Positions 1-9,867 of a stretch of 64,000 nt of DNA are shown one piece after another. Where the stretch lies: the NCBI GenBank assembly GCA_965223325.1, contig CBDCWI010000002.1:1344001-1408000 (forward strand), given 5' to 3'. The stretch's first letter is position 1, and each line of letters begins with the position of its first letter. Source of the DNA: Candidatus Multivoradales bacterium (GTDB lineage: Bacteria > Acidobacteriota > Thermoanaerobaculia > Multivoradales > Multivoraceae). A model generated the notes under the pieces. The model worked only from the letters and a program-made list of their open reading frames with translations. It was not told the DNA's origin and did not search any database. A program made the translations under genes and the position numbers.

Positions 1-2
1 TC

Positions 3-626
3 GCAGTGCACGTACACGGCCAGGAGCCGGCGTACCACGACCCGCGTTTCACTTCGCTGATGGGTGTGACCTACACTGCCGATCCGACCCCCGGTCGTCA
101 TACGGCGGGCGGCGCGTCGTGGAACGAGACGTTTGGTCAGGCGTTCGCGCTTCCGGAGGCAGCACCGAAGAAGGAAACGACGGTCAAATGGAAGGGCACG
201 GAGGGCAAGGGCCTTGCCCAGGCACATTTCTCCAACTCGCACCAAACGATGAACGGTCTCGGTTTGTGCATGTTCACGGGTCTAACGGGTGGCCTGCCGT
301 GGACGGAGCTGGTGAATGCCCTGACGGGCTGGAACGTGACGCAGAAGGATCTGCTCGATTGTGGCGAGCGAATCCAGAACCTTCGCCAGGCGTTCAACGT
401 TCGCGAGGGTTTGAAGCCTGACGACTTCAAACCCCACCCGAGGATGTTGGGGCTGGGCGACGGCAAGCTGGACGCTGGTCCGCTCAAGGGCATCGAGGTC
501 CCGCTACCGCAGTTGAAGCGCGACTACTTCGAGGCGATGCAGTGGCACCCGGAAACGGGCCAGCTGAGTGCAGCGCGGGCGAGTGAACTGGGGTTGAGCG
601 AGCTGCTGGAAGGGCAGCTTTCCTAA
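3..626 (+). CDS. Aldehyde ferredoxin oxidoreductase (W/Mo AOR family), C-terminal part; 5' end lies outside the window
   Basis: [32 protein letters not shown] and ..DYFEAMQW.. match AOR C-terminal domain motifs; followed by a MoaD/ThiS gene. Confidence 0.85.
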   Translation, partial: AVHVHGQEPAYHDPRFTSLMGVTYTADPTPGRHTAGGASWNETFGQAFALPEAAPKKETTVKWKGTEGKGLAQAHFSNSHQTMNGLGLCMFTGLTGGLPWTELVNALTGWNVTQKDLLDCGERIQNLRQAFNVREGLKPDDFKPHPRMLGLGDGKLDAGPLKGIEVPLPQLKRDYFEAMQWHPETGQLSAARASELGLSELLEGQLS

Positions 627-662
627 GCAGCGGTTTTCCGAAGAAACGGTTCTCCGAAGACG

Positions 663-962
663 GTGCCACTTTTCTCGCGCAAGCCGCTGATCCGCGTTCA
701 TCTGGTGATCAAGGGCCGCATTGGTGATGGCTGGCTCGATGTCGACCGGCACTTGAAGCTGGCGAAGGGTTCGACGCTGTCGGACCTGCTGGATGAGGCG
801 GACCGCCAGTCGATTCCTCTTCGCCACGCGATTGAGCAGAGCCCTCATCTTGCGGAAACGTTGATGTGGAACGGGGAACGGCGCGTAGTCGCCGAGAACC
901 TGAACCGCCGTCTCGACGACGGCGATCAAATCTACCTACTAAGCCCAGTAGCCGGCGGGTAG
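663..962 (+). CDS. MoaD/ThiS family sulfur-carrier protein
   Basis: 99 aa, ubiquitin-like size, ends LDDGDQIYLLSPVAGG with the C-terminal di-glycine; next to AOR. Confidence 0.88.
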   Translation: MPLFSRKPLIRVHLVIKGRIGDGWLDVDRHLKLAKGSTLSDLLDEADRQSIPLRHAIEQSPHLAETLMWNGERRVVAENLNRRLDDGDQIYLLSPVAGG

Positions 963-1034
963 GTTCGACCTCCGTCCTTGCCGCTTCTGGTTGTTCTGTG
1001 GCGGGTTGTTGTTGTTGCGGTGAGGTATGGCGCC

Positions 1035-1210
1035 GCGGGTGGGGCCGGTGGACGGCGGTCCAGGGCACGGCGGCGCTTCTTCTGACTGCCTTGGGTGGCG
1101 CCGCCTGCGCTCGCCGGCCGCATTTCGGTTGCCGCCTGCGGATGGGGTGCTAGTTCGGCCGGCGAGAGCACCCTGGACCGCCGCCCACGCGGCCCCACCC
1201 GCTCTCGATG
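1035..1210 (-). repeat. Long imperfect inverted repeat (REPIN/MITE-like hairpin element, family copy A)
   Basis: Arms 1035-1065 and 1171-1202 are complementary (one G-T pair, one bulge); inner arms 1110-1120/1156-1166; minus strand begins CATCGAGAGCGGGTGGGG, like copy C. Confidence 0.8.
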
Positions 1211-1252
1211 TACTACGACCGGAAGAACGCGGCATCTAGACGGACGGGGTCT

Positions 1253-1720
1253 CTCTTGGGGCGGGTGATCGTGGTGAACGAACGGACCCTGCCCGGAAGG
1301 AACTCCTGGACTGGATCGGATTCAGCACGGTGCCAGGCGAGTGTGACGACACTCAGAGTGGCGCAGCGAGTCTTGCCCACCTCGCCGATGCTCGAAGAGG
1401 TGAGTCCCTCGACGATGCCGTTCATCGGCATCCGCAGTTGCTCTTGAGGCGGGTGATCGTGGTGAACGAACGGGCCCTGCCCGGAAGGAACTCCTGGACT
1501 GGATCGGATTCAGCACGGTGCCAGGCGAGTGTGACGACACTCAGAGTGGCGCAGCGAGTCTTGCCCACCTCGCCGATGCTCGAAGAGGTGAGTCCTTCGA
1601 CGATGCCGTTCATCGGCATCCGCAGTTGCTCTTGGGGCGGGTGATCGTGGTTGAACGAACGGGCCCTGCCCGAAAGGAACTGCTGGACTGGATCGGATTC
1701 GGCACGGTGCCAGAGTGGCG
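1253..1720. repeat. Tandem array of a 188-bp palindrome-rich unit (2 full copies plus 1 partial)
   Basis: Units start at 1253, 1441 and 1629; copies 1 and 2 differ at 3 positions; period is not a multiple of 3. Confidence 0.95.
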
Positions 1721-1795
1721 ACACGTCGAGCGGGCTTGAGGCAGACCTACAGGGTAACAAGGCACCCAGGCAAGGAAGACTCTGCGCCAGGCGCT

Positions 1796-1910
1796 GTAGG
1801 CGCGATGTGCGAAGCACGAGCGTGCACCCCCCTCACCCAGCTCGAGATCGAGCCTGACTCCGAGAGGGCGGAGGGTGGAGCGCCCGGCGACCTGGCACAC
1901 CCTCACAATC
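1796..1910 (+). repeat. REP-like palindrome plus internally deleted hairpin-element copy (family copy B)
   Basis: GTAG-GCGCGATGTGCGAAGCACGAGCG at 1796; 1883-1910 is the reverse complement of 8177-8204 with 2 mismatches in 28 nt. Confidence 0.8.
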
Positions 1911-1959
1911 CTGAGCCCGCCTTCGCCCATCGCTACTGCTACGACGGAGCAATCAGCAA

Positions 1960-3342
1960 TCAGGAAGAGGCAGGTTCCCAGCCCGGCTCGTACTCCCGAC
2001 TCCAGAAGGCATTGGCTTCGTCATCGCCTTCGATACGCCCCGTTGAAGGATTGATCTCGAGCGTTCTTCCTACGGACCAGGCGATGTTGCCCAGGTGGCC
2101 TAGTTGGACGGTCTTGTGGGCTTCTTCGATCGGGATGTTCGACTTTTCTTTTCCGCGAACGGCTTCTAAGAAGTTCTGGACGTGGACGCCGTCGAGACTG
2201 GCGTCGGGGCTGGCGAGGTTGACGGCGTCGACCTGGCCGGGGATGACGCTGCCGTGGCTCATGACGACGGTGCGTTCTTTGTCGTTGGCTCTTACCTCGA
2301 AGGCGTCGCCTACCTGCAGCATCGAACCCGTTTCACCGTGAAAGAGAATCCCGCGCGACCAGCCGTGCACCAGGTGGTTGTTGCAGCTGCGGCCTTCCCA
2401 GTGGATGGCAGCGCCTTCGGGGAACTCGATGCTGAGCATCATGGTGTCGGGGAACTGCCAGTCGTCTTCTGCGTGCCAGCGGCCGCCAGTGGCGACAACC
2501 CTTTCGGGGTTGCCGAGCTGCATGCCCCAGCGAGCGACGTCGAGCTCGTGAGTCCCATTGTTGAGCGCTTCGCCGGTTCCCCAGCGGGTGAACCAGTGCC
2601 AGTTGTAGGGATGGACGTTGTCGCGGTAGTCGGTGCGCGGTGCGGGGCCCTGGAAGAGGTCCCAGTTGAGCTCAGGGGGAACGGCGACCTTCTTTCCCTT
2701 GCCGATCGGAGCACGGTCGTTGGCGTACCAGGTTCGCGCCAGGTAGACGCGACCGATGATGCCTTCGTGCAGTGCCGTCATAGCCCTGGTGACGCCCGGC
2801 CAGGAGCGGCGCTGGTTTCCCATGTGGATCACGCGACCGGTGCGCGCGGCGGCCTGGATCAGGAGCTCGCCTTCGTGCGGGTTGTGGGAACAGGGCTTCT
2901 CGAGGTAGCTGTCTTTGCCAGCGTCGGCGGCCAGGATGGCGGCGGGGGCGTGCCAGTGGTCCGGTGAGGCGATGACCAGCACGTCGACGTCGGAGCGCTC
3001 GACGACTTTTCGGATGTCCGCCTCGGCTACCGGGATTTTGTCCTGAACCTTGGCCAGGGTCTCGAGACACGGGCCGAAGTAGCGTTCGTCGACGTCGCAA
3101 AGCACAGTCACTTCGGTGTTCTTCTGCATCGCGAACTCACGCGCCATGCCACGACCGCGGCTACGCACTCCCATGACGGCAACCCTGACGTGGTCGGAAG
3201 GGCTCTCCTGGACGAGCGCAGCGAGCGGCCGTGAGATCACAGCGGCGGCACTGCCAACGGCCAGGTCGCGACCGAATTGGCGACGGGTTCGGCCGGGAGC
3301 CAGGGTGACTTCAGAGGACGCTTCGGGGGTTGGCTTCTTCAT
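1960..3342 (-). CDS. Gfo/Idh/MocA family NAD(P)-dependent oxidoreductase, probable Tat substrate
   Basis: TRRQFG signal; VAVMGVRSRG Rossmann; PDHWHA, YLEKP, GNQRRS and HELDVARW motifs. Confidence 0.9.
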   Translation of the reverse strand: MKKPTPEASSEVTLAPGRTRRQFGRDLAVGSAAAVISRPLAALVQESPSDHVRVAVMGVRSRGRGMAREFAMQKNTEVTVLCDVDERYFGPCLETLAKVQDKIPVAEADIRKVVERSDVDVLVIASPDHWHAPAAILAADAGKDSYLEKPCSHNPHEGELLIQAAARTGRVIHMGNQRRSWPGVTRAMTALHEGIIGRVYLARTWYANDRAPIGKGKKVAVPPELNWDLFQGPAPRTDYRDNVHPYNWHWFTRWGTGEALNNGTHELDVARWGMQLGNPERVVATGGRWHAEDDWQFPDTMMLSIEFPEGAAIHWEGRSCNNHLVHGWSRGILFHGETGSMLQVGDAFEVRANDKERTVVMSHGSVIPGQVDAVNLASPDASLDGVHVQNFLEAVRGKEKSNIPIEEAHKTVQLGHLGNIAWSVGRTLEINPSTGRIEGDDEANAFWSREYEPGWEPASS

Positions 3343-3388
3343 CGGTGGGGGGCCCTTCTCGAGAGGTACTCAGCGAACGTTCAGGCAT

Positions 3389-4804
3389 TCAGCTGTTGGC
3401 TGCGAGGTCGCGCAGCTTGATGTTTCGAAACGAGACTTCGTTACCGTGGTCCTGGAGCAACAGGTGGCCGCTCTCCCAGTCACCGAAGCCTTCCCAGTTA
3501 CGGTACTTGCTGATCGCAACGAGCCGAGCGAAGGCCTCGGAGCCGAGAACATAGGAGAGCACCAACTGGTGGTTGAGCCAATGTTCGACCGAGCGGTCGG
3601 GTCGCACCACCAGGCGGGCATGGTTCCATTCGCCGGGCGGCTTGACGAAACGAGGTTCTTTCTCGGCCGCGATCAGGTCGTAGAGCGAAGAAAGGGTGCG
3701 GTTGCCATCGCGCCCGAGCTTGGCGTCGGGATGGCGTTGGTCGTCGAGCAACTGGTACTCGACGCCGATTGCCGAGCCTCTGGTATTGCCGTACTGCTCA
3801 GTGACGAAGTACTTGATGCCGCTGTTGGCCCCTTCGGAGAGCCGGAAGTCGAGCTGCAGCTCGAACGCCGAGAACTCTTCCACCGTCACAATGTCGCCGC
3901 CGTGCGCCGCTTCGCCACCGCCCGACTCGAGCACCGTCAAGAGGCCATCTTCGATTCGCCAGCCCTGGGCGGGGAAAGACTCCATGTGCGCTCCGCGCCA
4001 TCCGGTGGTGGTCTCTCCGTCCCAGAGCAGGCGCCAGCCAAGTGCCTGCTCGTGTGGGTCGAGGGTGTTGGTCATCGAGTTGGCAACGTACGGGAACCCG
4101 TCGCTCGAAAGCCGGTCGACGCCGGCCAGGCCGAGCTCCTGGAGGCGCAGGTTGCGCCAGCGGACTGTCCGCCCCGCCAGGTCATCGCTCACCGAATGAA
4201 CTTGAAGGGCGATGAAGCCGCGCGGTGTCATGTCGTCGACCAGGTAACTCGCCGGTGTGCCGTTGAGCCAGGTCCGGATGACCGGGCCTCTCGCCTCGAC
4301 GACCACCTGGTTCCAGGCACCCTGTTGGAAGGCCTGCTTCGCTTCGGGGTTGAGTGACAACGGAAAGAGCCAGCCGCGGCGCGCTTCGTCATAGATGCCG
4401 GCGGTCCAGGCGCGCTCTGAGGGGTCGATCTCCACTTGGTAGCCGTGAACCCGGCCGTCGTGGTAGTCGTCGCGGCTTTCACTGCGAACCTGTACCCCCG
4501 AGTTGATCTCGGGGTCGACATTGAACTCGAACTCGAAGCGAAAGTCGCCATAGGTCGCGTCCGAGGCCAAAAACGAGTTCGGGGTTCCAGCGACCGTCGT
4601 GCCAATGACCTCGCCACCTTCGACTCGGTAGAGCGCTTCCCCGCCGCGCTGCGTCCAGCCATCCTGTGAGTCACCGGCGAAGAACTCCACCCACGGGGCA
4701 GTATCCTCTGTGCGACCAGCGGTTGGTTCTTCGGCGACCGAGTCTGAACAGGCCCAGGAAACCAGCCCGGCGGCGACTAGCAAGAGAAGCGATCGATGAA
4801 TCAC
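3389..4804 (-). CDS. Two-domain DUF1080 (3-keto-disaccharide hydrolase-like) lipoprotein
   Basis: Two repeats with NSG.., GYQVEID/EYQLLDD, WN and G.I.LQ.H..V.FRNIKL motifs; lipobox SWAC. Confidence 0.88.
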   Translation of the reverse strand: MIHRSLLLLVAAGLVSWACSDSVAEEPTAGRTEDTAPWVEFFAGDSQDGWTQRGGEALYRVEGGEVIGTTVAGTPNSFLASDATYGDFRFEFEFNVDPEINSGVQVRSESRDDYHDGRVHGYQVEIDPSERAWTAGIYDEARRGWLFPLSLNPEAKQAFQQGAWNQVVVEARGPVIRTWLNGTPASYLVDDMTPRGFIALQVHSVSDDLAGRTVRWRNLRLQELGLAGVDRLSSDGFPYVANSMTNTLDPHEQALGWRLLWDGETTTGWRGAHMESFPAQGWRIEDGLLTVLESGGGEAAHGGDIVTVEEFSAFELQLDFRLSEGANSGIKYFVTEQYGNTRGSAIGVEYQLLDDQRHPDAKLGRDGNRTLSSLYDLIAAEKEPRFVKPPGEWNHARLVVRPDRSVEHWLNHQLVLSYVLGSEAFARLVAISKYRNWEGFGDWESGHLLLQDHGNEVSFRNIKLRDLAANS

Positions 4805-6072
4805 GGAGCCTCCAGATGGCTATCGGGCCGCAAGCTGCCGGTGACGGCGTTGTCCCATTGCGACTGCCAGTACACGAGACCGGCGCCGCGCACTGCGTCG
4901 ATTCCCATCCGCACCGCTAGAGCCGAGCGCGCACCTGCGCGCGCGTTGGAAGAAACCTCGGCGCCCTCGGTGATCGAGCGATGAAAAGCTGCGAGCGCAT
5001 AGTGACTACCACCCCAGCTTCGGCGCACTGAAGCTTCGATCACCTCGCCGGCAGAGCCACTGGCACCGGCGACGGTTCGTGACGCACCGGAGACACCATC
5101 GATGGCCTGCCCCGACTGGGCGGCCTCTTCCCTCGGGTTCAGCGGTTCACGAAAAAGCACAGCGTTCTCGGTTCCGAGAACGATCGTGCCGCGACTACCG
5201 CGCAGTTCAATGCGATAGCCGGCATGGGCATTCGCCGTCAGGCAGGTGGCGGTGACCTTGCGACTCGGATAGTCATAGACGCAGTGGGTGTTGTCGAGGG
5301 TTTCACGGCCGTCTTTCCAGTAATCGATACCTCCGGAGCCGACGACGCGTGTCGGCCGCTCGTCGAACAGCCAGTGCACATAGTCGAGCTGATGAGAGGT
5401 GAGCTCGGCAAGCAAGCCGCCCGAGAACTCTTCGTACATACGCCAGTTGATCGCCCGCTCGTACTTGGGCTCGGGAACCGGTCGGCGCCAGTCGCCATTC
5501 CTGTTCCACTCGAGATCGACCTGGGTGACCTCTCCCAACCAGCCTTCGCGCACCAGCTCGGCAACCCGCAGATAGACCGGGTGGTAGCGGTACTGGTAGC
5601 CCACCTGAACGACGCGATCGGACCCCTCTACCCAGCGCACGACGTCGAGTGCCTCCTGGGCATGCAGGGTCATGGTCTTTTCGCAGTAGAGGTGCTTGCC
5701 CGCATCGAGGGCCTCGAGAGCCATCTGATGATGCATCGAGAGAGGAGTCGCCAAGAGAATCGCATCGACCTCAGGGTCGTCATAGAGCCGTTCCGCCTCG
5801 TCGTAGGTGGAAACGTCTGAGAAGCCAACCTTCGCCGCCGTTTCAGCCGCCGCGGCGAGGCGAAAGGGCAGCACGTCACAGAGCGCTGTGACCTCGAGAC
5901 CCGGCACCGCCCCCAGGACCGGGATCAGACCGCCACCGCGGGCACCCGTTCCGAGAACGCCGACTCGCACCGTCTCGGCTTCTGCGCGGGCACGTACGGG
6001 CAAGAGGGAGCCTGCCGCGCTGGCAAGCGAACCCAGAAGGAGCGTCCGTCGGTCTAGATTGGTTGAGAGCAT
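4801..6072 (-). CDS. Gfo/Idh/MocA family oxidoreductase, probable Tat substrate
   Basis: Start re-called at ATG 6072 (MLSTNLDRRTLL); GVLGTGARG, YCEKTM, GYQYRY, SHQLD. Confidence 0.88.
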   Translation of the reverse strand: MLSTNLDRRTLLLGSLASAAGSLLPVRARAEAETVRVGVLGTGARGGGLIPVLGAVPGLEVTALCDVLPFRLAAAAETAAKVGFSDVSTYDEAERLYDDPEVDAILLATPLSMHHQMALEALDAGKHLYCEKTMTLHAQEALDVVRWVEGSDRVVQVGYQYRYHPVYLRVAELVREGWLGEVTQVDLEWNRNGDWRRPVPEPKYERAINWRMYEEFSGGLLAELTSHQLDYVHWLFDERPTRVVGSGGIDYWKDGRETLDNTHCVYDYPSRKVTATCLTANAHAGYRIELRGSRGTIVLGTENAVLFREPLNPREEAAQSGQAIDGVSGASRTVAGASGSAGEVIEASVRRSWGGSHYALAAFHRSITEGAEVSSNARAGARSALAVRMGIDAVRGAGLVYWQSQWDNAVTGSLRPDSHLEAP

Positions 6073-6201
6073 GCAGTGCCACCAGCCTACACTGGCCGGC
6101 ATGCACCCTTCCCAGCTGCCGACTGCACTGGGATGTAGGATGCTCACCGTCACTCCCCCAGCTCCGACTGCCTAGGGACGAATCCGAAAGGAAGGCCAAG
6201 A

Positions 6202-8130
6202 ATGGTGAACTACCGCCAGATCTCTCAAGAAGGACGCAGGCGGAGCGGGAGGGCCCTATCGCCCGCTCGCGAGATCATTCGGATCGCGCTCCTTTGTGGC
6301 CTGGCCTTCCTCGCCGGCTGCGCCAGCGACGAGGCCGAAGAGCCCAGCGGCGAAGCTACCAGCGCGGCCCGCGCCGCGACGGCCCCCAACCCATTACGCA
6401 ACGCCTACTTCGGCGACCTCCACGTCCACACCAAGCACTCGTTCGACGCCTATCTCTTCAGCGTGCGCGAGAATCCCGACGCCGCCTACCGCTACGCCAA
6501 GGGCGAAGCGATCGGCCACCCGAGCGGTTTCGACATCCAGCTCGAGAGTGGGCCGCTCGACTTCCAGGCAGTCACCGATCACGCGATGTACCTGGGCGTT
6601 ATGCCGGCCATGGACGACCCCGAGCACTCTTTCTATGATTTACCGCTCGCCAAGACCCTGCGAGACGCTGGAGCCGGCGGTTTCGCCCGCGCCCTGCAGG
6701 CAATGGGGAGTGGCGAGCTCGCCGAAATCGACGCCACCGAAGTCAAGAGGTCAGCTTGGGCGGACATCAAAAGAGCCGCCGAAGAACACAACGACCCAGG
6801 CACTTTCACGACCTTCATCGGCTACGAGTACACCACCAGCACCGCCGAGAGCGGGAACCTGCATCGCAACGTGATCTTCGCCGGTTCGAACGCCCCCGAC
6901 ATGCCGTTTGCACGCACCGACTCGGAGAACCCCGAGGATCTCTGGGACTGGCTCGATGCCCAGCGTGCAGCAGGCATGGATGCGCTCGCCATTCCCCACA
7001 ACTCGAACGGTTCGAATGGCGCCATGTTCAGCGGCAAGAGCTTCGAAAGCCGGGCCCTCGACGCCTCTTACGCCGAGCAGCGAATGCGCAACGAGCCCCT
7101 GGTCGAGATCACCCAGGTCAAGGGCACTTCTGAGACCCACCCGATGCTGAGTCCCAACGACGAGTGGGCCGACTTCGAGATCTTCCCCTACCGCATCGCC
7201 ACAACGCTCCATAGCGAAGAACGCGGGAGCTACGTGCGCGAGGCTCTGGGCACCGGTCTGGCGCTCGAGGCCGAAGAGGGTTGGAACCCGTTCCGCTTTG
7301 GCTTCATTGGCTCGACCGACACCCACAACGCCGGTGGCACCCCCGAAGAGGACAACTACGTGAGCAAGGTCGGCGCCGCCGACGGTACCGCCCAGCTCCG
7401 TGGAGCGGTTCCCCTCGATGAGCCCACCGCCGATGGCTACGCCTACAACAACCAGCCTGATGACACCTTCATCCAGTTCGGTGCTTCGGGCCTGGCTGGC
7501 GTCTGGGCGGAAGAAAACACCCGCGCGTCGCTCTTTAGCGCCATGCAGCGCAAAGAGACCTTCGCGACCTCCGGTCCGCGCATCAAAGTGCGGTTTTTCG
7601 CCGGCTACGGCTGGAGCGAAGATCTCGCCGCCGATGCCGACATGATCGAGAAGGCCTACGACACCGGTGTGACGATGGGAAGCGACCTGACCGGCGCGGG
7701 CGACGCAGCACCGCACTTCATCGCCTGGGCCATGCGCGACGCCCAGAGCGCCCCGCTCCAGCGCCTACAGATCGTCAAGGTCTGGGTCGACAGCGCCGGC
7801 GCTTCACAAGAGCAGGTGTTCGACGCCGCCTGTGCCGACGGCCTCTCAGTCGATCCCGCAACCCACCGTTGCCCCGACAACGGAGCCACGGTCGACCTCT
7901 CCGATTGTTCGATCTCACAGGGACTCGGGGCCGCCGAACTCAAGACCCTGTGGACCGATCCCACCTTCGACCCCACCCAGCGCGCGCTGTACTACGTGCG
8001 GGTGCTCGAGAACCCGACCTGCCGCTGGTCCACCTGGGATGCCATTCGCGCCGACGTGGAGCCCCGCGATGAAGTGCCGGCTACGATTCAGGAACGCGCC
8101 TGGTCGTCGCCGATCTGGTACGTGCCTTAG
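6202..8130 (+). CDS. DUF3604 domain (PHP-like metallohydrolase) protein, probable lipoprotein
   Basis: YFGDLHVHT.HSFDA, VTDHA, GYEYT, LHRNVIF, IPHNSNGS, GSTDTH, YYVRVLENP..RWS and ERAWSSPIWY; lipobox LAGC; exact start uncertain. Confidence 0.88.
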   Translation: MVNYRQISQEGRRRSGRALSPAREIIRIALLCGLAFLAGCASDEAEEPSGEATSAARAATAPNPLRNAYFGDLHVHTKHSFDAYLFSVRENPDAAYRYAKGEAIGHPSGFDIQLESGPLDFQAVTDHAMYLGVMPAMDDPEHSFYDLPLAKTLRDAGAGGFARALQAMGSGELAEIDATEVKRSAWADIKRAAEEHNDPGTFTTFIGYEYTTSTAESGNLHRNVIFAGSNAPDMPFARTDSENPEDLWDWLDAQRAAGMDALAIPHNSNGSNGAMFSGKSFESRALDASYAEQRMRNEPLVEITQVKGTSETHPMLSPNDEWADFEIFPYRIATTLHSEERGSYVREALGTGLALEAEEGWNPFRFGFIGSTDTHNAGGTPEEDNYVSKVGAADGTAQLRGAVPLDEPTADGYAYNNQPDDTFIQFGASGLAGVWAEENTRASLFSAMQRKETFATSGPRIKVRFFAGYGWSEDLAADADMIEKAYDTGVTMGSDLTGAGDAAPHFIAWAMRDAQSAPLQRLQIVKVWVDSAGASQEQVFDAACADGLSVDPATHRCPDNGATVDLSDCSISQGLGAAELKTLWTDPTFDPTQRALYYVRVLENPTCRWSTWDAIRADVEPRDEVPATIQERAWSSPIWYVP

Positions 8131-8143
8131 CTTCGTTCGAGAG

Positions 8144-8416
8144 CGAGGTGACGGGGTCTGCGGACGCGGTGCGCCCGATTGAGAGGGTGTGCCAGGGCGC
8201 CGGGTCGGATCGGCGAGCAGGCGCCTCCCGCGCCGGGTCTCCTGCGGGGCTGTTTGCGGTTGGGTGATTCCGATGCTTCCGGAACGCTGTGCCGACCTCG
8301 GTCGGCGGCTGACCGCTCCTGGGCGCCTGCTCACCGACCCCACCCTCTCGATGGTTCACCTCGTCACTCATTGACGGGAGGTAAGGGTGCGCTCGTGCTT
8401 CGCACATCGCGCTTTC
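8144..8416 (-). repeat. REP-like palindrome plus long hairpin element (family copy C)
   Basis: 32-nt REP at 8385-8416 is the exact reverse complement of 10019-10050; nested arms 8210-8225/8322-8337 and 8181-8189/8341-8349. Confidence 0.85.
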
Positions 8417-9779
8417 AGGGGCGCCCTTCTCGCCCTAGCCTCGCCTTTACGATCTCTTTATCGTTACGGGCGATGATGTGCCCGTTGGCGTAGGCAGGGT
8501 GTGACCAGTTGACCTGGGCGTCTTGCCAGCGGCGGGGGCCGTAGCCGGCGCTGGAGGTTGGTTCGATCAACTTGGTGCGATCGATCTCGCGGTAGCCCTC
8601 GCGGGTTAGGCTGGCGAGGATGAGGTCGCCGGTGTCGTTGTTGACCAGCCACTGGTCTCCGAGCTGCACCATGAAGGCTGAGCCCCAGCGACCCTGCCGG
8701 GTCATCTTATCGCTGGACCAGAGGCGTTCGCCGGTCTCGAGGTCCAGGGCTCGCAGTTCGCCGTAGCTTCCGACGCCATAGATGGTGTCGTCGGTGAGAA
8801 CGGGGGTTGTGATCAACGAGTGCAGGCCCCTGGTCTCGTCGGGCATCTCGCTCTTGCCGCGAATCTTCCACACCACCCGAGCGGCCGGCTTCTCCTGGTC
8901 GAGCTCGAGAAGCAGCGAGCCGTAGTAGAACTGGGTGAAGAAGAGATGGTTGCCACGGTGGACTGGTGTGGCGACGGTCATGCCCATGCCGACGTCCCAC
9001 TCGACTTCCCAGAGGACCTCGCCAGTGGTCGGGGCGAGAGCACTCACCGCCTTCGGGTGCCAGATGATCAGCTGCTCGCGGCTCGCGGCCTCGACGACCA
9101 TTGGCTGGCCGTAGCCCATCTCCCAGTTCGAGGAAAGTGCACGCCAGACCTCATTGCCGGTCGCCTTGTCGTAGGCAATGACCTTGCCATCGGGTTCGGC
9201 CCCGGTGATCGCAATCAGGAGTTCGCCATCAACGAGCGGCGAGCTCGAGGTCCCCCAGATCGGGATCGTGCTGTCGTACTCGGCCACGAAATCGTGCTGC
9301 CAAAGAACGGTTCCGTCCGCGACCGACAGCGCCAGCAAATGCCCGACGGCGCCGACCACGAAAACCCGCTCGCCGTCAACGGTCGGCGTAGCTCTGGGGC
9401 CGGTGGCATAAGAGGCCTGAATCGCCGCATAGCTGACCGGCCATTCATGTGTCCACAGCACCTCGCCGGTCTCCTCGGAGAGCGCCATCAGACGCTCCGT
9501 CCCCTCCGCCCGCTTCGAAGAGTCGTCGCGGGCGTAGTCGAGAACGAATACCCGCCCATCTGCCACCGCCGGCCCAGCGAAACCGCTCCGAACCGGAGCC
9601 CGCCAGACGACCTCGAGCCCATCCTCGGGAAACGACTCGAGCACCCCGATCTCACGAATCACCCCGTCTCGCGCCGCACCCCGCCACTGCGGCCAGTCAT
9701 CCGCCAGAAGGGCCGACCCGGCAACCACAAAAACGAAAAGGAGAACGAAACCAAGGAGCGGCCGATCTAGTCTTCTCAT
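8415..9779 (-). CDS. PQQ-binding-like beta-propeller protein (BamB-like), secreted
   Basis: Signal peptide then DWPQWRG; repeated TGE.LW Trp-docking blades; C-terminal WSHPAYANG. Confidence 0.88.
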   Translation of the reverse strand: MRRLDRPLLGFVLLFVFVVAGSALLADDWPQWRGAARDGVIREIGVLESFPEDGLEVVWRAPVRSGFAGPAVADGRVFVLDYARDDSSKRAEGTERLMALSEETGEVLWTHEWPVSYAAIQASYATGPRATPTVDGERVFVVGAVGHLLALSVADGTVLWQHDFVAEYDSTIPIWGTSSSPLVDGELLIAITGAEPDGKVIAYDKATGNEVWRALSSNWEMGYGQPMVVEAASREQLIIWHPKAVSALAPTTGEVLWEVEWDVGMGMTVATPVHRGNHLFFTQFYYGSLLLELDQEKPAARVVWKIRGKSEMPDETRGLHSLITTPVLTDDTIYGVGSYGELRALDLETGERLWSSDKMTRQGRWGSAFMVQLGDQWLVNNDTGDLILASLTREGYREIDRTKLIEPTSSAGYGPRRWQDAQVNWSHPAYANGHIIARNDKEIVKARLGREGRP

Positions 9780-9867
9780 CGATCAAGCATACCGAGGACG
9801 CGAGAGACCACGAATCGGGACCAACGACCAGAAAGCACGAGCACAACCCCCAGGCCTCGAGTCAAGA

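Noticed and set aside
1590-1628. Hammerhead ribozyme on the minus strand (CCGAUGA...CGAAG)
   Set aside because: Core deviates from CUGANGA and GAAA, and I could not build stems I and III
1253-1720. CRISPR array
   Set aside because: Whole 188-bp units are near-identical, with no unique spacers, and there are no cas genes in the window
1208-1857. Short ORFs across the tandem array
   Set aside because: They arise from the repeat, shift frame every unit and have no protein-like features
963-1959. Moco/Tuco riboswitch near AOR-MoaD
   Set aside because: Region is downstream of both flanking genes, and no recognisable consensus is present
3116-4357. Long antisense ORFs (also 13128-14438, 40946-42193, 48948-50120, 53107-54651, 61144-62709)
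   Set aside because: Shadow frames opposite well-supported genes, as expected in high-GC DNA; no motifs
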